NCBI GenBank assembly: GCA_037447435.1
Contig: JBBIGR010000004.1
Span: forward strand, 64,001-128,000
Origin: Fibrobacteria bacterium
Lineage (GTDB): Bacteria > Fibrobacterota > Chitinivibrionia > Chitinivibrionales > FEN-1185
DNA length: 64,000 nt
Direction of reading: 5' to 3'
Below, one piece after another: positions 27,487 to 37,216 of the stretch. Position 1 is the stretch's first letter; the number at the start of each line of letters is the position of its first letter. The notes beneath the pieces are model-generated. The model saw nothing but the letters and a program-made list of their open reading frames with translations, ran no database searches and had not been told where the DNA came from. A program made the translations under genes and the position numbers.

Positions 27487-28551
27487 TTACTTGTTTTCGT
27501 ATTTCTTTTCTTCTCTGTTAATAAGCAAATCGACAAATACTTCGGTGCCTTTTACCGTGTAAAAAATAAAAAGCACTATCACGATCACGATATCGTAATT
27601 TTTGTATAACAGCTGCCGCAAAAGTTCGTAGCTTAAATGCCCGTGGATATTCAAAGCCATTTCAATGATAATAAGCCCGGAAATCAGGAACGACGCCTGT
27701 TCTTTGACCGTCGATAAATACTGGTATCGTGCGTTTTTGTAAATGTGGTCGAACACGTGGCCGTCGAACGTTTTAAAAGGACGGAATATTTCCGCATACG
27801 AAATGCCGCCTTTTTCATGTTGACCGTATGCGTTGTTCAGGTTTTTAACGATTGCCGTATCGATATACCCTTTTCTGCTTTCCGCAGTCAAAAACGCAAA
27901 AAATTTATTCATATACGTGACGAGCAGGCCGTTGGAAATGACGCCGAGTAATGCCATAAAAATGATGGTGTCCGTGTTGAATTCGGTTCTGATGGAATAT
28001 GCGATAACGTAGGCAGGAGAAAACAGCACAAAGTAAGCCGCAGTGGTTCCGATAGCCTTCATAGCGGTTTTACTGCGGAATAAAAGCGATTTTTTCCTCT
28101 GTAAAAGCATTTGTTTTTTCCTGACAAACCTGTATACGCCAAGGGTTTGAACGCCGTAATACGTTAAAAGCATAACCACGATATACACGAGCAAAAACTT
28201 CACGTACATACCGCATAATTGAAGAATTTTCGCTCCCGACAATTTCTCTTCGATATATGATTTTTGAATCTTTTCCGAAAACTCTTTTTCCCTGCTTGCC
28301 AATATTTCATTGACGATAACGGCATTCGTATCGTATTGGTCGGGATAATACGCATTGATCACGTCTTTCAATAATGCCTTATGAAAGGAGTCCTTAAAAT
28401 CAACAAACCCCAGGTCGCCGTATGCCGAAAGCCGCGCCTTTTCCTTGTTTATGACCGCGTTAGAGGACGAACGCACGACAAAAAGTAAAAGCAAAAGAAG
28501 GACCGTAACGAAAACCACGCTGAAAAAATGCTCCGCCAGTTTCGTTTTCAT
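27487..28551 (-). CDS. ABC transporter permease, divergent DppB/OppB-like
   Basis: Multi-TM; ESRKGYIDTAIVKNL resembles the DYIRTARAKGL loop; IIIEMALNIHG resembles IVExIFxxPG. Confidence 0.72.
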   Translation of the reverse strand: MKTKLAEHFFSVVFVTVLLLLLLFVVRSSSNAVINKEKARLSAYGDLGFVDFKDSFHKALLKDVINAYYPDQYDTNAVIVNEILASREKEFSEKIQKSYIEEKLSGAKILQLCGMYVKFLLVYIVVMLLTYYGVQTLGVYRFVRKKQMLLQRKKSLLFRSKTAMKAIGTTAAYFVLFSPAYVIAYSIRTEFNTDTIIFMALLGVISNGLLVTYMNKFFAFLTAESRKGYIDTAIVKNLNNAYGQHEKGGISYAEIFRPFKTFDGHVFDHIYKNARYQYLSTVKEQASFLISGLIIIEMALNIHGHLSYELLRQLLYKNYDIVIVIVLFIFYTVKGTEVFVDLLINREEKKYENK

Positions 28552-29486
28552 CGGATTTCCCCTGCCATGGGCTCGATCAGTATTTCTCCGTGAAGGGATT
28601 TTACCGCGTAGCGTTTGCCGATCAAAAGATTTTCAATGTCCCTGACAATATATCGCGAGCTTTCATCCAGCAACGCCGTGTTCCGGTACGGCGCATTGAG
28701 AACGCAGGAAACGGCATGATTTTGTATCGAACATTGCCAAAACGGAATGGTCTTCGACTGCCCCGTCACCGCGTTGAAATGATCGAAATATTGTCTATAG
28801 GTATCGTTTGCAGTTTGGAATCGCGCAAGGATGCGGCTTTCCAATTCTTTCGCAACGCTCGTGTCGGCTTCTTGCGCCGCGACGGTCGCTTTATGGAAAG
28901 CGTCGGCATTGCCCAATGCGCACCAGCAATATTGCGGCGGATGAGTGTCCCGTTTGACATACCATGCATTTCCATATTTAAATACGCGGATTACTTTCTC
29001 TCCCTTGCTTAAAAACCCCTTGGAAGGCCCGGGCATTAGTCCGATCGAGACGGCGACCGAACCCGACGAGACATATACCGTATCATTGACAAGCACACAT
29101 CCTTTTAAGACCGCGCGGCCGTCTTTGGACGATGCGCCCAGGAATTTCCCGGCATCGTCTTTTTGTAAAAACCATACTTTACCGTCGAGTTCGAAACGCA
29201 ACGCCTTGGTGATTTGGTCACCCAATATTTCTTCGTTGTTCACAATTTGCATTGGGGAAAATGAGACCAGCTCGTTTTGTTCCGATGCCGTAAGCGGCTG
29301 CTGGAACCGGTTCAAAACCGTGAATTTTTCCGGTTTGTCTATAATGAACATATCTGCGGTTTTCTGGGGAAACGCGGGAACGATAAGCGCAAGAACGAAT
29401 AGTACCGGCCAATACCGTGAAAAAACGGACCGCCCCTTTTTCGCCGGGAAAAAGGGGCCGTCACCCGAAGTAAATGGTAACGACAT
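28548..29486 (-). CDS. Exported hypothetical protein within the ABC operon
   Basis: Start placed at ATG 29486, after the upstream stop; hydrophobic signal YWPVLFVLALIVPAFP; ATGA overlap with the downstream permease; possible SH3-like segment LSKGEKVIRVFKYGNAWYV. Confidence 0.7.
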   Translation of the reverse strand: MSLPFTSGDGPFFPAKKGRSVFSRYWPVLFVLALIVPAFPQKTADMFIIDKPEKFTVLNRFQQPLTASEQNELVSFSPMQIVNNEEILGDQITKALRFELDGKVWFLQKDDAGKFLGASSKDGRAVLKGCVLVNDTVYVSSGSVAVSIGLMPGPSKGFLSKGEKVIRVFKYGNAWYVKRDTHPPQYCWCALGNADAFHKATVAAQEADTSVAKELESRILARFQTANDTYRQYFDHFNAVTGQSKTIPFWQCSIQNHAVSCVLNAPYRNTALLDESSRYIVRDIENLLIGKRYAVKSLHGEILIEPMAGEIR

Positions 29487-29500
29487 TTTCAACGTTATCA

Positions 29501-31237
29501 CTACTGTTTGGCTTTTTCCTGCCATTTTTCGACCGTAGACAACTGTGAAGCAGTGCCGTACAAATCGATGGTCTTGTCGTCGAATTGCGTACTGAAGTAT
29601 GCCAAAGACGGCAACGAAAAGAGCCAGCTGGCCAGTGCGAGCTTTTGGTCGAGCTGGTCTATCATCTGTGAATATGCCTGCTTGTCCCCTATTTCGCTTG
29701 TCGCCATAAACCCGAACACGCAATCGAGCAATTTTTTAAGGTCTGCCTGTTCAGCGCCCGATTTGTTGGGATCGAGGCGGAAAAAGTTCTTGTCCCCGGA
29801 AACCGATTGCATATCGAGCGCGGGCTTTCCATTGGCGCCGGCAACGGTTTGCACATTGATTTTATACGATTCGAAATCGGGTTCGCGCATGAAAACCGGG
29901 TACAAATCAAAGAGGAAATTGCTTCGGTACCCGGAAAACGGCACCAGCACGGCATCGTAATTCCCCTTGCGGAGTTCCTCGTTGCTCACGGCCGTCACTT
30001 TAATTTTTCCGTGGAACATTGCTTGATCATTAAGAATTTCAACCAAATCCGACAATTCTTCCCTGAAATCGAAATTCAAACAGGTTTGGATACGGACCGT
30101 GTCCGGCAAAATCGACGGATCGGGACCTTGACGGTCCATAAGCGGGGAAACGACCTTTTCTTCGATATAATACGAAGTCGTCGGGAACACGCTATTGTTC
30201 AGATATTCGTTGTAATTGTCCCCGTCGCCTTTATAATTGGCAATATGCCGCTGTTGCGGGGAACGCATTTTGAAAAACCGGTCCATCACCATTTCGTTGT
30301 TGATGAGTTTGCGTAAAGCAACTCGTTGTTCGGTATTTAAGCGGTCGACATTGAAAAGCACCGCAAAAAAACAAGTCGCAATGCTCGATTTGGTGAAATA
30401 TTTGCTACTGTCCCGCAATATCGGAGAAATGGATCCGAAGGGTGTGGACAGAAGAGTATTGATATTCTTGTTTTTCAATTCGGTGGTATACGTGCTGTTG
30501 TCGATAAACGGCTTCAATATGAAATTGGTGATATGCGCTATCCCGTCGGGCACTTTGTGGAAATAAATGACGTCCTCGTATTCACCCGACATCAGGTACG
30601 GTCCGGTACCAACGGTATACGACGGCGCTTCCATGTCCGAGGTCGCAGGAAGGATTTTAAACGAAAGTACTTCTTTAATATCGCCTTCGGTCCAAATACG
30701 GTCGCCTTTGAATTGGAATTTTATCTCATTGTTCGCATCGGGCCCCGTGAAATCGAAATCCGGGAAAGCTTGCGAAACAAGGATATAGTCGGGCGAAAGG
30801 CTTCCCAGTTTTTGAATTCGTTTCAAAGTGAATTTCAGGTCAGGCGCCGAGAAAAACACGTCCTGCTTCGGCGCGATGGTCACCTTGGATTTTTCCATCG
30901 AAACCGAATAGCTTGAATGCCACTTGTGATTTTGCTTCAACCTAATCGATACGACATTTGTTTTCACGTCTATGCCGATGAACTCTCCCAGGCCGTCTTC
31001 ATAAGTTATTCCGCTCGAATTTGCGGAAACGTTGAACAATCCGTCGAATAGCACTTCGTCAAGTTTGTCGGCAATGGGTACCGAACTGGGAATATGCGGG
31101 TCTATGCGCGGTTTCTGATGGGCGATATACGGAATGACGATTGAATCCTTCAGGTTTTTGCCGAACACGAAAAAGTATACGAGCGCGGCCGCACAGGCAA
31201 CCAAAACGATACTCGAAACAATCAAAACCTTTTTCAT
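29501..31237 (-). CDS. Membrane-anchored solute-binding protein, divergent family 5 (Opp/Dpp-like)
   Basis: IDPH, LFDGLF, SIRLKQNHKWH, APDLKFTL, VGTGPY match family-5 SBP landmarks; N-terminal TM anchor. Confidence 0.72.
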   Translation of the reverse strand: MKKVLIVSSIVLVACAAALVYFFVFGKNLKDSIVIPYIAHQKPRIDPHIPSSVPIADKLDEVLFDGLFNVSANSSGITYEDGLGEFIGIDVKTNVVSIRLKQNHKWHSSYSVSMEKSKVTIAPKQDVFFSAPDLKFTLKRIQKLGSLSPDYILVSQAFPDFDFTGPDANNEIKFQFKGDRIWTEGDIKEVLSFKILPATSDMEAPSYTVGTGPYLMSGEYEDVIYFHKVPDGIAHITNFILKPFIDNSTYTTELKNKNINTLLSTPFGSISPILRDSSKYFTKSSIATCFFAVLFNVDRLNTEQRVALRKLINNEMVMDRFFKMRSPQQRHIANYKGDGDNYNEYLNNSVFPTTSYYIEEKVVSPLMDRQGPDPSILPDTVRIQTCLNFDFREELSDLVEILNDQAMFHGKIKVTAVSNEELRKGNYDAVLVPFSGYRSNFLFDLYPVFMREPDFESYKINVQTVAGANGKPALDMQSVSGDKNFFRLDPNKSGAEQADLKKLLDCVFGFMATSEIGDKQAYSQMIDQLDQKLALASWLFSLPSLAYFSTQFDDKTIDLYGTASQLSTVEKWQEKAKQ

Positions 31238-31300
31238 CGAATCCCTCTCTTTCATCAAGTTAGTATCCGTACAAAATTATAAAACCCTCCGGTAAACGGA

Positions 31301-33688
31301 TCAGTTCTTTTTAATGATCGGTTTCTGGACCATGACGCTCACGGGAAACGATTTAAAAGAATGATGCGTAAACGAAATTTCAAGGATGTTATTCTGGTCC
31401 TTATTCATTTGCACCGGTGTAATCTGGCATTCGTAATCGTTTGCCGCGCTGGGCGCAGAAATGGTGAAACGCCCTTCGTTTTTGAGCGGCTTCTTATTCA
31501 ATAATATCTCGTCGTACCATTGGGTCGTGGCCGCGTTTTGAGCCACTTCTTTCGGCAATTTGATATTCACGTCATAGACGGGGAAGGTTGCGTCGGTCGG
31601 GATATCGACGTTGAGCCGCACATAATATTTGTTTTTCCCTTTCCGATTGTCGGAAATCGGCAATGCGAACACGCGGCGATATTCCTTGGGCTTGATGATC
31701 TTTTTGGCAAGCTGGGGATTGCATTCTGCGATACGGATTTTCAATTCCTTATCGTCGCCTTTATAATGGTTGCCGTGCGTTACCACTGCCCGCGCTTTGA
31801 GCACGCCGTTTTCTTCCGGATTTTTAATGAACTGCTCATAACACAGTTTGATCGCCTTTGCGGGGAAATCGTATTCCTTTAGTTTGGCAAGGTCCGCAAT
31901 GAGCGCGTTCTTTTTTGTAATGAGTTCGTTTTTCGAGCCCGACGAAAACGTCACGTTATACACGGGATAAAACACGGAATCCGAATACAGCGAATCCACA
32001 TTTTCCAAAACCCCTACTTTTTCCTCGCAAAACTTATTGACCTTTGCGCGCGTCACTCGTTCGATGGTGGAATACAACGAATCTTCGAGATCGCGTACCA
32101 CGGATTCCTTGAGCGGCAGCATAGCCGCCGTATTCAGGTAATTTTGGTCAGCATGCAATTTCTTAAGCGCGTTTTCGGCCGATTGCCACGACGTTGCGGC
32201 AAGAGCGGTTTTCACGTTTTTCGCCTGTTGATCCAAAGACATTTTGTCAAGGTCTTTATACTTGTCCAACACAAAGGTCAAATGCTTGCTCGACAATAAA
32301 AGCGACAACATGCCGCCGAAATCGTTTTGGGTTTTGAGGATATTGAGCTGCTGGACCAGTACTTCGGCCTGACGGCTTTCGGCAAGATGCTGCGTCGCAT
32401 CGGTCGACAATTTCGCCAGTTCCGCGTTTAAGGCCTGGGAACATTTATACGTCGCATATTTGCCGTATTGGTCGTCTATTTTTTGCGGAACGGCATTTTG
32501 TAAATTAGTCAATCCGGCAACGACTCCTTTGAAAAAATCGTCCGCGGGAAATTGCGGCCCGTTCTTTACCGCAGATCCGATTTTGGCAAGCGTATCCCGA
32601 AGTGCGGCAAGCGTGCGGCTCTTGGCGTCGAAATCGGCGATGAATTTCATCATGAGCGTGAAATCCTGTCCCACGGGAATGTCGGCTTTTTCCAAAAGGG
32701 TCTTGATTTTAGGCATGCTCGCGGTAAAATAGGTCGCCGGATCAAAAACGCCGGCATCTTCCTTGCCCGACATTTTCATGCTCAAGAAGGGCATGACTTC
32801 ATCGAGCCTGTTCTTGAGCAGTCTTTGACTTTCAAGAACAACATTGGGAGCCTGTACGCTTTTTTTGTCGAAATACCCGGTAAAGTCGTCCAGGCGCGCC
32901 ATAAAATCGGCAGGAGTTCCGCGGCACGATTGTTCTTTATTGAAAAAGTCGAGGGCCAGCAGATATGCTTTCTGGAAATTCATTTCGTCTTCCAGTTTTG
33001 CGCGTAACGCTTTATAATTCCGATACGCCTCGTCCGTGGAATTTACAATGCTTTTGGGGAATATGCTTTCGATCGCAAGCAACTCCTTGTACACCGCCTC
33101 AAGTGCGGCTTCGTGTTTTTTTACCGTATCGATCGCCGTCGAAAAGATAAATCCGTCGAGCCTTGTCGACGTTCCGATGCCTTTATATGCGCTCCTGTCA
33201 ACCACATTCTTCGAACAAATATCGCGGTATTCGGCGTGTTTTGTTTCAAACTTGAACCGCCATTGGGGAGCGTAGCGGTATTTCATTTTCAAAATTTGTT
33301 CCTGGGTCCCGTTTTCAAGCATCCAGTAAAACATCGGCGATTTCGTGTCGACGGGATACACGCTTACCGAATCGGGAAACGGCGTCTCGTCGGGAGATTT
33401 CGCGCCGACTGTTTTTTTATCGGCAAACGAATTGGTAAAGTAGGTCGTTATTTTCTTTTTTATGGGGAAATTCAACACGACATAGTAGTTGTCTTCTTTC
33501 GGTGCGGGAAAGGCGATGAAATACTTTTTTTCCTTTTTCAATTCGAAATCTTTTTTGTCGTTCTTGAGTTCCACAAACCCTTGTTCGGCATATGATAATT
33601 CCGGTTTTGGTTTCAGCTGCTGATACGGTGCACATCCGAACATGATAAGCGCAATACAAATGGATAGCCCCAGGCCTTTCAATTTCAT
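31301..33688 (-). CDS. Large lipoprotein of unknown function, first gene of the ABC operon
   Basis: SD AAGGAG; lipobox IMFG-C; 795 aa with long helical central region. Confidence 0.8.
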   Translation of the reverse strand: MKLKGLGLSICIALIMFGCAPYQQLKPKPELSYAEQGFVELKNDKKDFELKKEKKYFIAFPAPKEDNYYVVLNFPIKKKITTYFTNSFADKKTVGAKSPDETPFPDSVSVYPVDTKSPMFYWMLENGTQEQILKMKYRYAPQWRFKFETKHAEYRDICSKNVVDRSAYKGIGTSTRLDGFIFSTAIDTVKKHEAALEAVYKELLAIESIFPKSIVNSTDEAYRNYKALRAKLEDEMNFQKAYLLALDFFNKEQSCRGTPADFMARLDDFTGYFDKKSVQAPNVVLESQRLLKNRLDEVMPFLSMKMSGKEDAGVFDPATYFTASMPKIKTLLEKADIPVGQDFTLMMKFIADFDAKSRTLAALRDTLAKIGSAVKNGPQFPADDFFKGVVAGLTNLQNAVPQKIDDQYGKYATYKCSQALNAELAKLSTDATQHLAESRQAEVLVQQLNILKTQNDFGGMLSLLLSSKHLTFVLDKYKDLDKMSLDQQAKNVKTALAATSWQSAENALKKLHADQNYLNTAAMLPLKESVVRDLEDSLYSTIERVTRAKVNKFCEEKVGVLENVDSLYSDSVFYPVYNVTFSSGSKNELITKKNALIADLAKLKEYDFPAKAIKLCYEQFIKNPEENGVLKARAVVTHGNHYKGDDKELKIRIAECNPQLAKKIIKPKEYRRVFALPISDNRKGKNKYYVRLNVDIPTDATFPVYDVNIKLPKEVAQNAATTQWYDEILLNKKPLKNEGRFTISAPSAANDYECQITPVQMNKDQNNILEISFTHHSFKSFPVSVMVQKPIIKKN

Positions 33689-33908
33689 CTTCCGCTCCTT
33701 ATCCTAAAAGTAGAGTATCTCGAAAAAAGGGTTACTTCTTTATAATCATAATATAATGATCGCGCCGGGCCAAGGCATTTTTTCTGTCGAGGCTGACCGG
33801 TATGCTTTTTTCCAACGCAATTACATGCATTTTTTAGTAAATTACTGTTAAGTACCTTTTATTATTTGAATAGCCCTTTCATAAACCGTTTGCGAAAGAT
33901 TACTCATC

Positions 33909-35216
33909 ATGAATCATTCCCTTTCCAAAACAGCTTTATTTATCGGTATTTCCCTGAACTGCGTATTCGGCATTGAAACGATAACCGGCAGAGCAATATC
34001 GACATCGTCCGCACCGTTAACTGGCGTCAAAGTCGTATTGTCTCAATTGAAACTTGCGGATACGACCCTTGCCGACGGAATATTCGAGTTTAAAATCCCT
34101 TCCGCCGAAGCAATTGCAGTGAAGCATCTCCTCGTGCCGTCGTTTTCCATAAAAGGCAATATGCTGGATTTTACCATATCGCAATCGCAAAAGGTCACTA
34201 TCGAATTTTTCGATATTCAGGGAAAACATGCAAAATCGGTGCTCAACCGATTTCTGCAACAAGGGCAATACGGATTCAATTTGAACGATGCCGCCGCAGA
34301 TCTTTCGTCCGGCACCTATTTCGTATCGGTCACGATAGGCACGACCTCGGCCCATGCAAAATTCATGATCGCAAACCGAACGATACAAATGACGACCCCG
34401 GCGAACACAGCCACAACAAGCGATCCCATGGCCAAACGCCTGGTCGACTTTGCGCAAACCGACACCGTGGTCTGTTCGAAATCCGGATATTTTACGATCA
34501 GGAAACCGCTTGCGACATTGACAACGCAGAACCTCGGCGATATCATCGTGGATCAGGACAAAATCATGGTCGGCAATACGACTCAGGATCAATACGATAT
34601 GTTTATCGTGCAGTCCGTTGCGGCAAGCGGCATGGACTCGTCGATGGCCATGATCATTAAAGCCATGATCGTCATCGAATCGGGGTTCAACGTACAGGCG
34701 ATCAGCATGTGGGACACCCAGCTTCCCTGCGGCACGCACAGTTACGGCCTTATCCAGGTGACGCCCGGATGTGTGAGCGGTTATGCGACGCTGCCCGCGT
34801 CGACCGCGCCCACGGCAACCATCTCGGGCGGGCTTAACGGCGTGAAACCCGTATTGACTTATGCAAACAAGGCCGATTCGGCGTCCGGAAATACGATAGT
34901 CAAGGAAAGCAATTTCGTCATCGATCTGGTGAGCAATCCGGCAAATCCGCTTTACGCAACCTCGGCATTCAACCCTGCGTATTGCATCGATCACGGCGCA
35001 AAAACGGTCGCCGGCGTCATGAGCGAAATGAAAACAAAATTCAAAACCTGTACTGCGGCGAATTACGTATCTATGACATTGGCAGGCTACAATCAAGGAA
35101 GCGGAACCGTGACCGGTTGTTCGACGTATAATGTAAACGGCCAGAATTACGCAAACAGCGCATTGACGCAATACAGGACGTTTTGCAGCAAAGCGGGAAT
35201 TACCCCGCTGTATTGA
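33909..35216 (+). CDS. Secreted lysozyme-like (SLT/GH23) protein with N-terminal beta domains
   Basis: Motifs MIVIESGFN, YGLIQV, AGYNQG; signal peptide; sorting-domain-like segment (FFDIQGK...LSSGTYFV) in the N-terminal half. Confidence 0.75.
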   Translation: MNHSLSKTALFIGISLNCVFGIETITGRAISTSSAPLTGVKVVLSQLKLADTTLADGIFEFKIPSAEAIAVKHLLVPSFSIKGNMLDFTISQSQKVTIEFFDIQGKHAKSVLNRFLQQGQYGFNLNDAAADLSSGTYFVSVTIGTTSAHAKFMIANRTIQMTTPANTATTSDPMAKRLVDFAQTDTVVCSKSGYFTIRKPLATLTTQNLGDIIVDQDKIMVGNTTQDQYDMFIVQSVAASGMDSSMAMIIKAMIVIESGFNVQAISMWDTQLPCGTHSYGLIQVTPGCVSGYATLPASTAPTATISGGLNGVKPVLTYANKADSASGNTIVKESNFVIDLVSNPANPLYATSAFNPAYCIDHGAKTVAGVMSEMKTKFKTCTAANYVSMTLAGYNQGSGTVTGCSTYNVNGQNYANSALTQYRTFCSKAGITPLY

Positions 35217-35228
35217 GGATTTTGACTA

Positions 35229-37025
35229 TCATTTGACCGGCAGCACGGTATCGGGTTTTACACATCTGAATCCGATCGTATTCAAACGCATCGTGGGGTT
35301 ATATGCGGCGCGCTTCGCGCTTCTCAGGCTCGAAGCCTTCTGATTCCATGCGCCGCCCCGAACGACCTTCAGTTTTCCTTCTTTGGGCCCAACGGGATCC
35401 GATTGATCGGAATTTCCGTAATACGCGGGATCGTACCAATCCAAACACCATTCCGTTACATTGCCGTGCATATCGTAAAGGTTCCATGCATTCGGTTTAT
35501 AGCTGCCGACCGGAATTGCCCGCTCTCGATTCTGCCCTATCGGCGCGCCGCCGAAAGGGAACTTTCCGTTGAAATTCGCCTGATCGCCCGACAAGGTGTT
35601 GCCATAAGAAAACTGCGTCGTCGTGCCCGCCCGCGCGGCATATTCCCATTCCGCTTCGGTCGGCAAACGCTTGGAAAGTTTGGCGCAATACTCAGAAGCG
35701 TCGTTCCAGCTCACATTATCGACCGGGCATTCGCCGCAGCCCTTTGTTGTCGACGGATTGGCACCCATGACGCGTTCATATTCATCTTTGGAAACTTCAT
35801 ATTTATCCATGTAAAAACTGTGCAAGGTGACCGTATGCTGCGGGGTCTCGTCCGGATCGCCTTCCATGTTTTTTGACCCCATGGAAAATGTACCGCCTTT
35901 TATCCAGACAAGATTTTCACGGTACGCCGGCGGTGTCGACACGTCGGGTGCATTGACGGAAGCAGTAGCGGCATTCGGCATTGCCGCGCTTGCCGGCATT
36001 TTTTCCCCTTCTTCGACTATCTTCCCGACCATAGACGGGATTTCATCCAAAATCTTGCTTATGTCGCCCGTTACCCGGACATTTTGACGATTGAGCACAT
36101 GGTTGCGCAACACGTCTATCATTTTCAAATTAAAAAGGTAATTGCTTCCGATTTGTCCTAAGCCGCCCACGATCACCGCGTCGATGCCCAGGACGTTGCC
36201 TATTCTCGAAATACAAGAATCGGTATAGCAACCCAGAAGCGATTCCTTGCCTTCCGATTGCAGCATCGCCCGAATGTCTTCGAGGAACAAAACCTTTGTC
36301 GACGATTTCTTTTCGACTTCCTGCGCTATGTAATCCGATACCCGTTCCAAATTGTCGCGTGCGACCGTGCTCGACTGAATCGACAAAATTGCCACTTTAA
36401 GTTCCTTTTTGGGCAATCCGGACTTTTTGTCTTCCGCAAGAGACGAAATGGCGATTTCGGGCCTGTTGGGATAAATAATCGCCCTCGTGCCGCTGCTCAT
36501 CAACGATTTCGACGAACTCGACTGTTGCTTGATTTTTGCGGAACCCGTAATGAGTTCTACGGTCGTCGTATCTTTTTGCACCATTATAGACGCTTCCGCG
36601 CTGTTCAGATCGATAGTCGCCGACGGTGTGGTCAGGGTCACCAGCGCGGTATAGCCGAACAACGGTTCCATCTTTATCCAGAAAATACCCTTGTCAAGAC
36701 GGATGAGCATCCTGATGTTCTTCTTTTCGCGATTGATGAGCAGTTTGTCGAAACCCACCGTCGTATTTTCCTCCAATGTCACGCCGATTGCCGGCTCCAA
36801 GGTGAGAATTAGCTGTGAATTGGCGAGGGTTTGCACGGTTTGCCCTGCTTTACATTCCTTGACTTCTTGCGGCTTCAGCCAACGGGATTGGTCCTTAGAC
36901 CACACTTGCACGGTCCCCGACGATTTGGCAATCGAGCATTTTTGTTGGACGATTTCCGATTCCGCAAAACCGAACCAATGTAATGACAGCGTCAGACAAA
37001 CGGCATAAACGGGAATTGATTTCAT
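35229..37025 (-). CDS. Exported FecR-like + alpha/beta + FGE-sulfatase (SUMF1-family) domain protein
   Basis: GGTFSMGS, FYMDKYEV, PVDNVSWNDA, RLPTEAEWEYAARAG, LYDMHGNVTEW, VVRGGAW, GFRCV; FecR-like TPSA motif in the N-terminal part. Confidence 0.88.
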   Translation of the reverse strand: MKSIPVYAVCLTLSLHWFGFAESEIVQQKCSIAKSSGTVQVWSKDQSRWLKPQEVKECKAGQTVQTLANSQLILTLEPAIGVTLEENTTVGFDKLLINREKKNIRMLIRLDKGIFWIKMEPLFGYTALVTLTTPSATIDLNSAEASIMVQKDTTTVELITGSAKIKQQSSSSKSLMSSGTRAIIYPNRPEIAISSLAEDKKSGLPKKELKVAILSIQSSTVARDNLERVSDYIAQEVEKKSSTKVLFLEDIRAMLQSEGKESLLGCYTDSCISRIGNVLGIDAVIVGGLGQIGSNYLFNLKMIDVLRNHVLNRQNVRVTGDISKILDEIPSMVGKIVEEGEKMPASAAMPNAATASVNAPDVSTPPAYRENLVWIKGGTFSMGSKNMEGDPDETPQHTVTLHSFYMDKYEVSKDEYERVMGANPSTTKGCGECPVDNVSWNDASEYCAKLSKRLPTEAEWEYAARAGTTTQFSYGNTLSGDQANFNGKFPFGGAPIGQNRERAIPVGSYKPNAWNLYDMHGNVTEWCLDWYDPAYYGNSDQSDPVGPKEGKLKVVRGGAWNQKASSLRSAKRAAYNPTMRLNTIGFRCVKPDTVLPVK

Positions 37026-37216
37026 GTACAGTCCTTAAAAAGTATTCTGATTTTTAAACCTACCGGCAACAGAACGGGATTACGCTTTGCCTCACTTTAA
37101 AATTTAAACCCGATCTTAAAAAGAAATTATACTAAACCGACACTATAAATACAATGAAAAGGTTTTTCATTGCGTACAATTATATAATAGAAAAAATTCG
37201 GTGAGTTTGAAAGAAC

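Noticed and set aside
35229..35400. DGR variable region in the FGE-sulfatase C-terminus
   Set aside because: The fold is a known DGR target, but I saw no template repeat or reverse transcriptase in the window; a remote DGR cannot be excluded.
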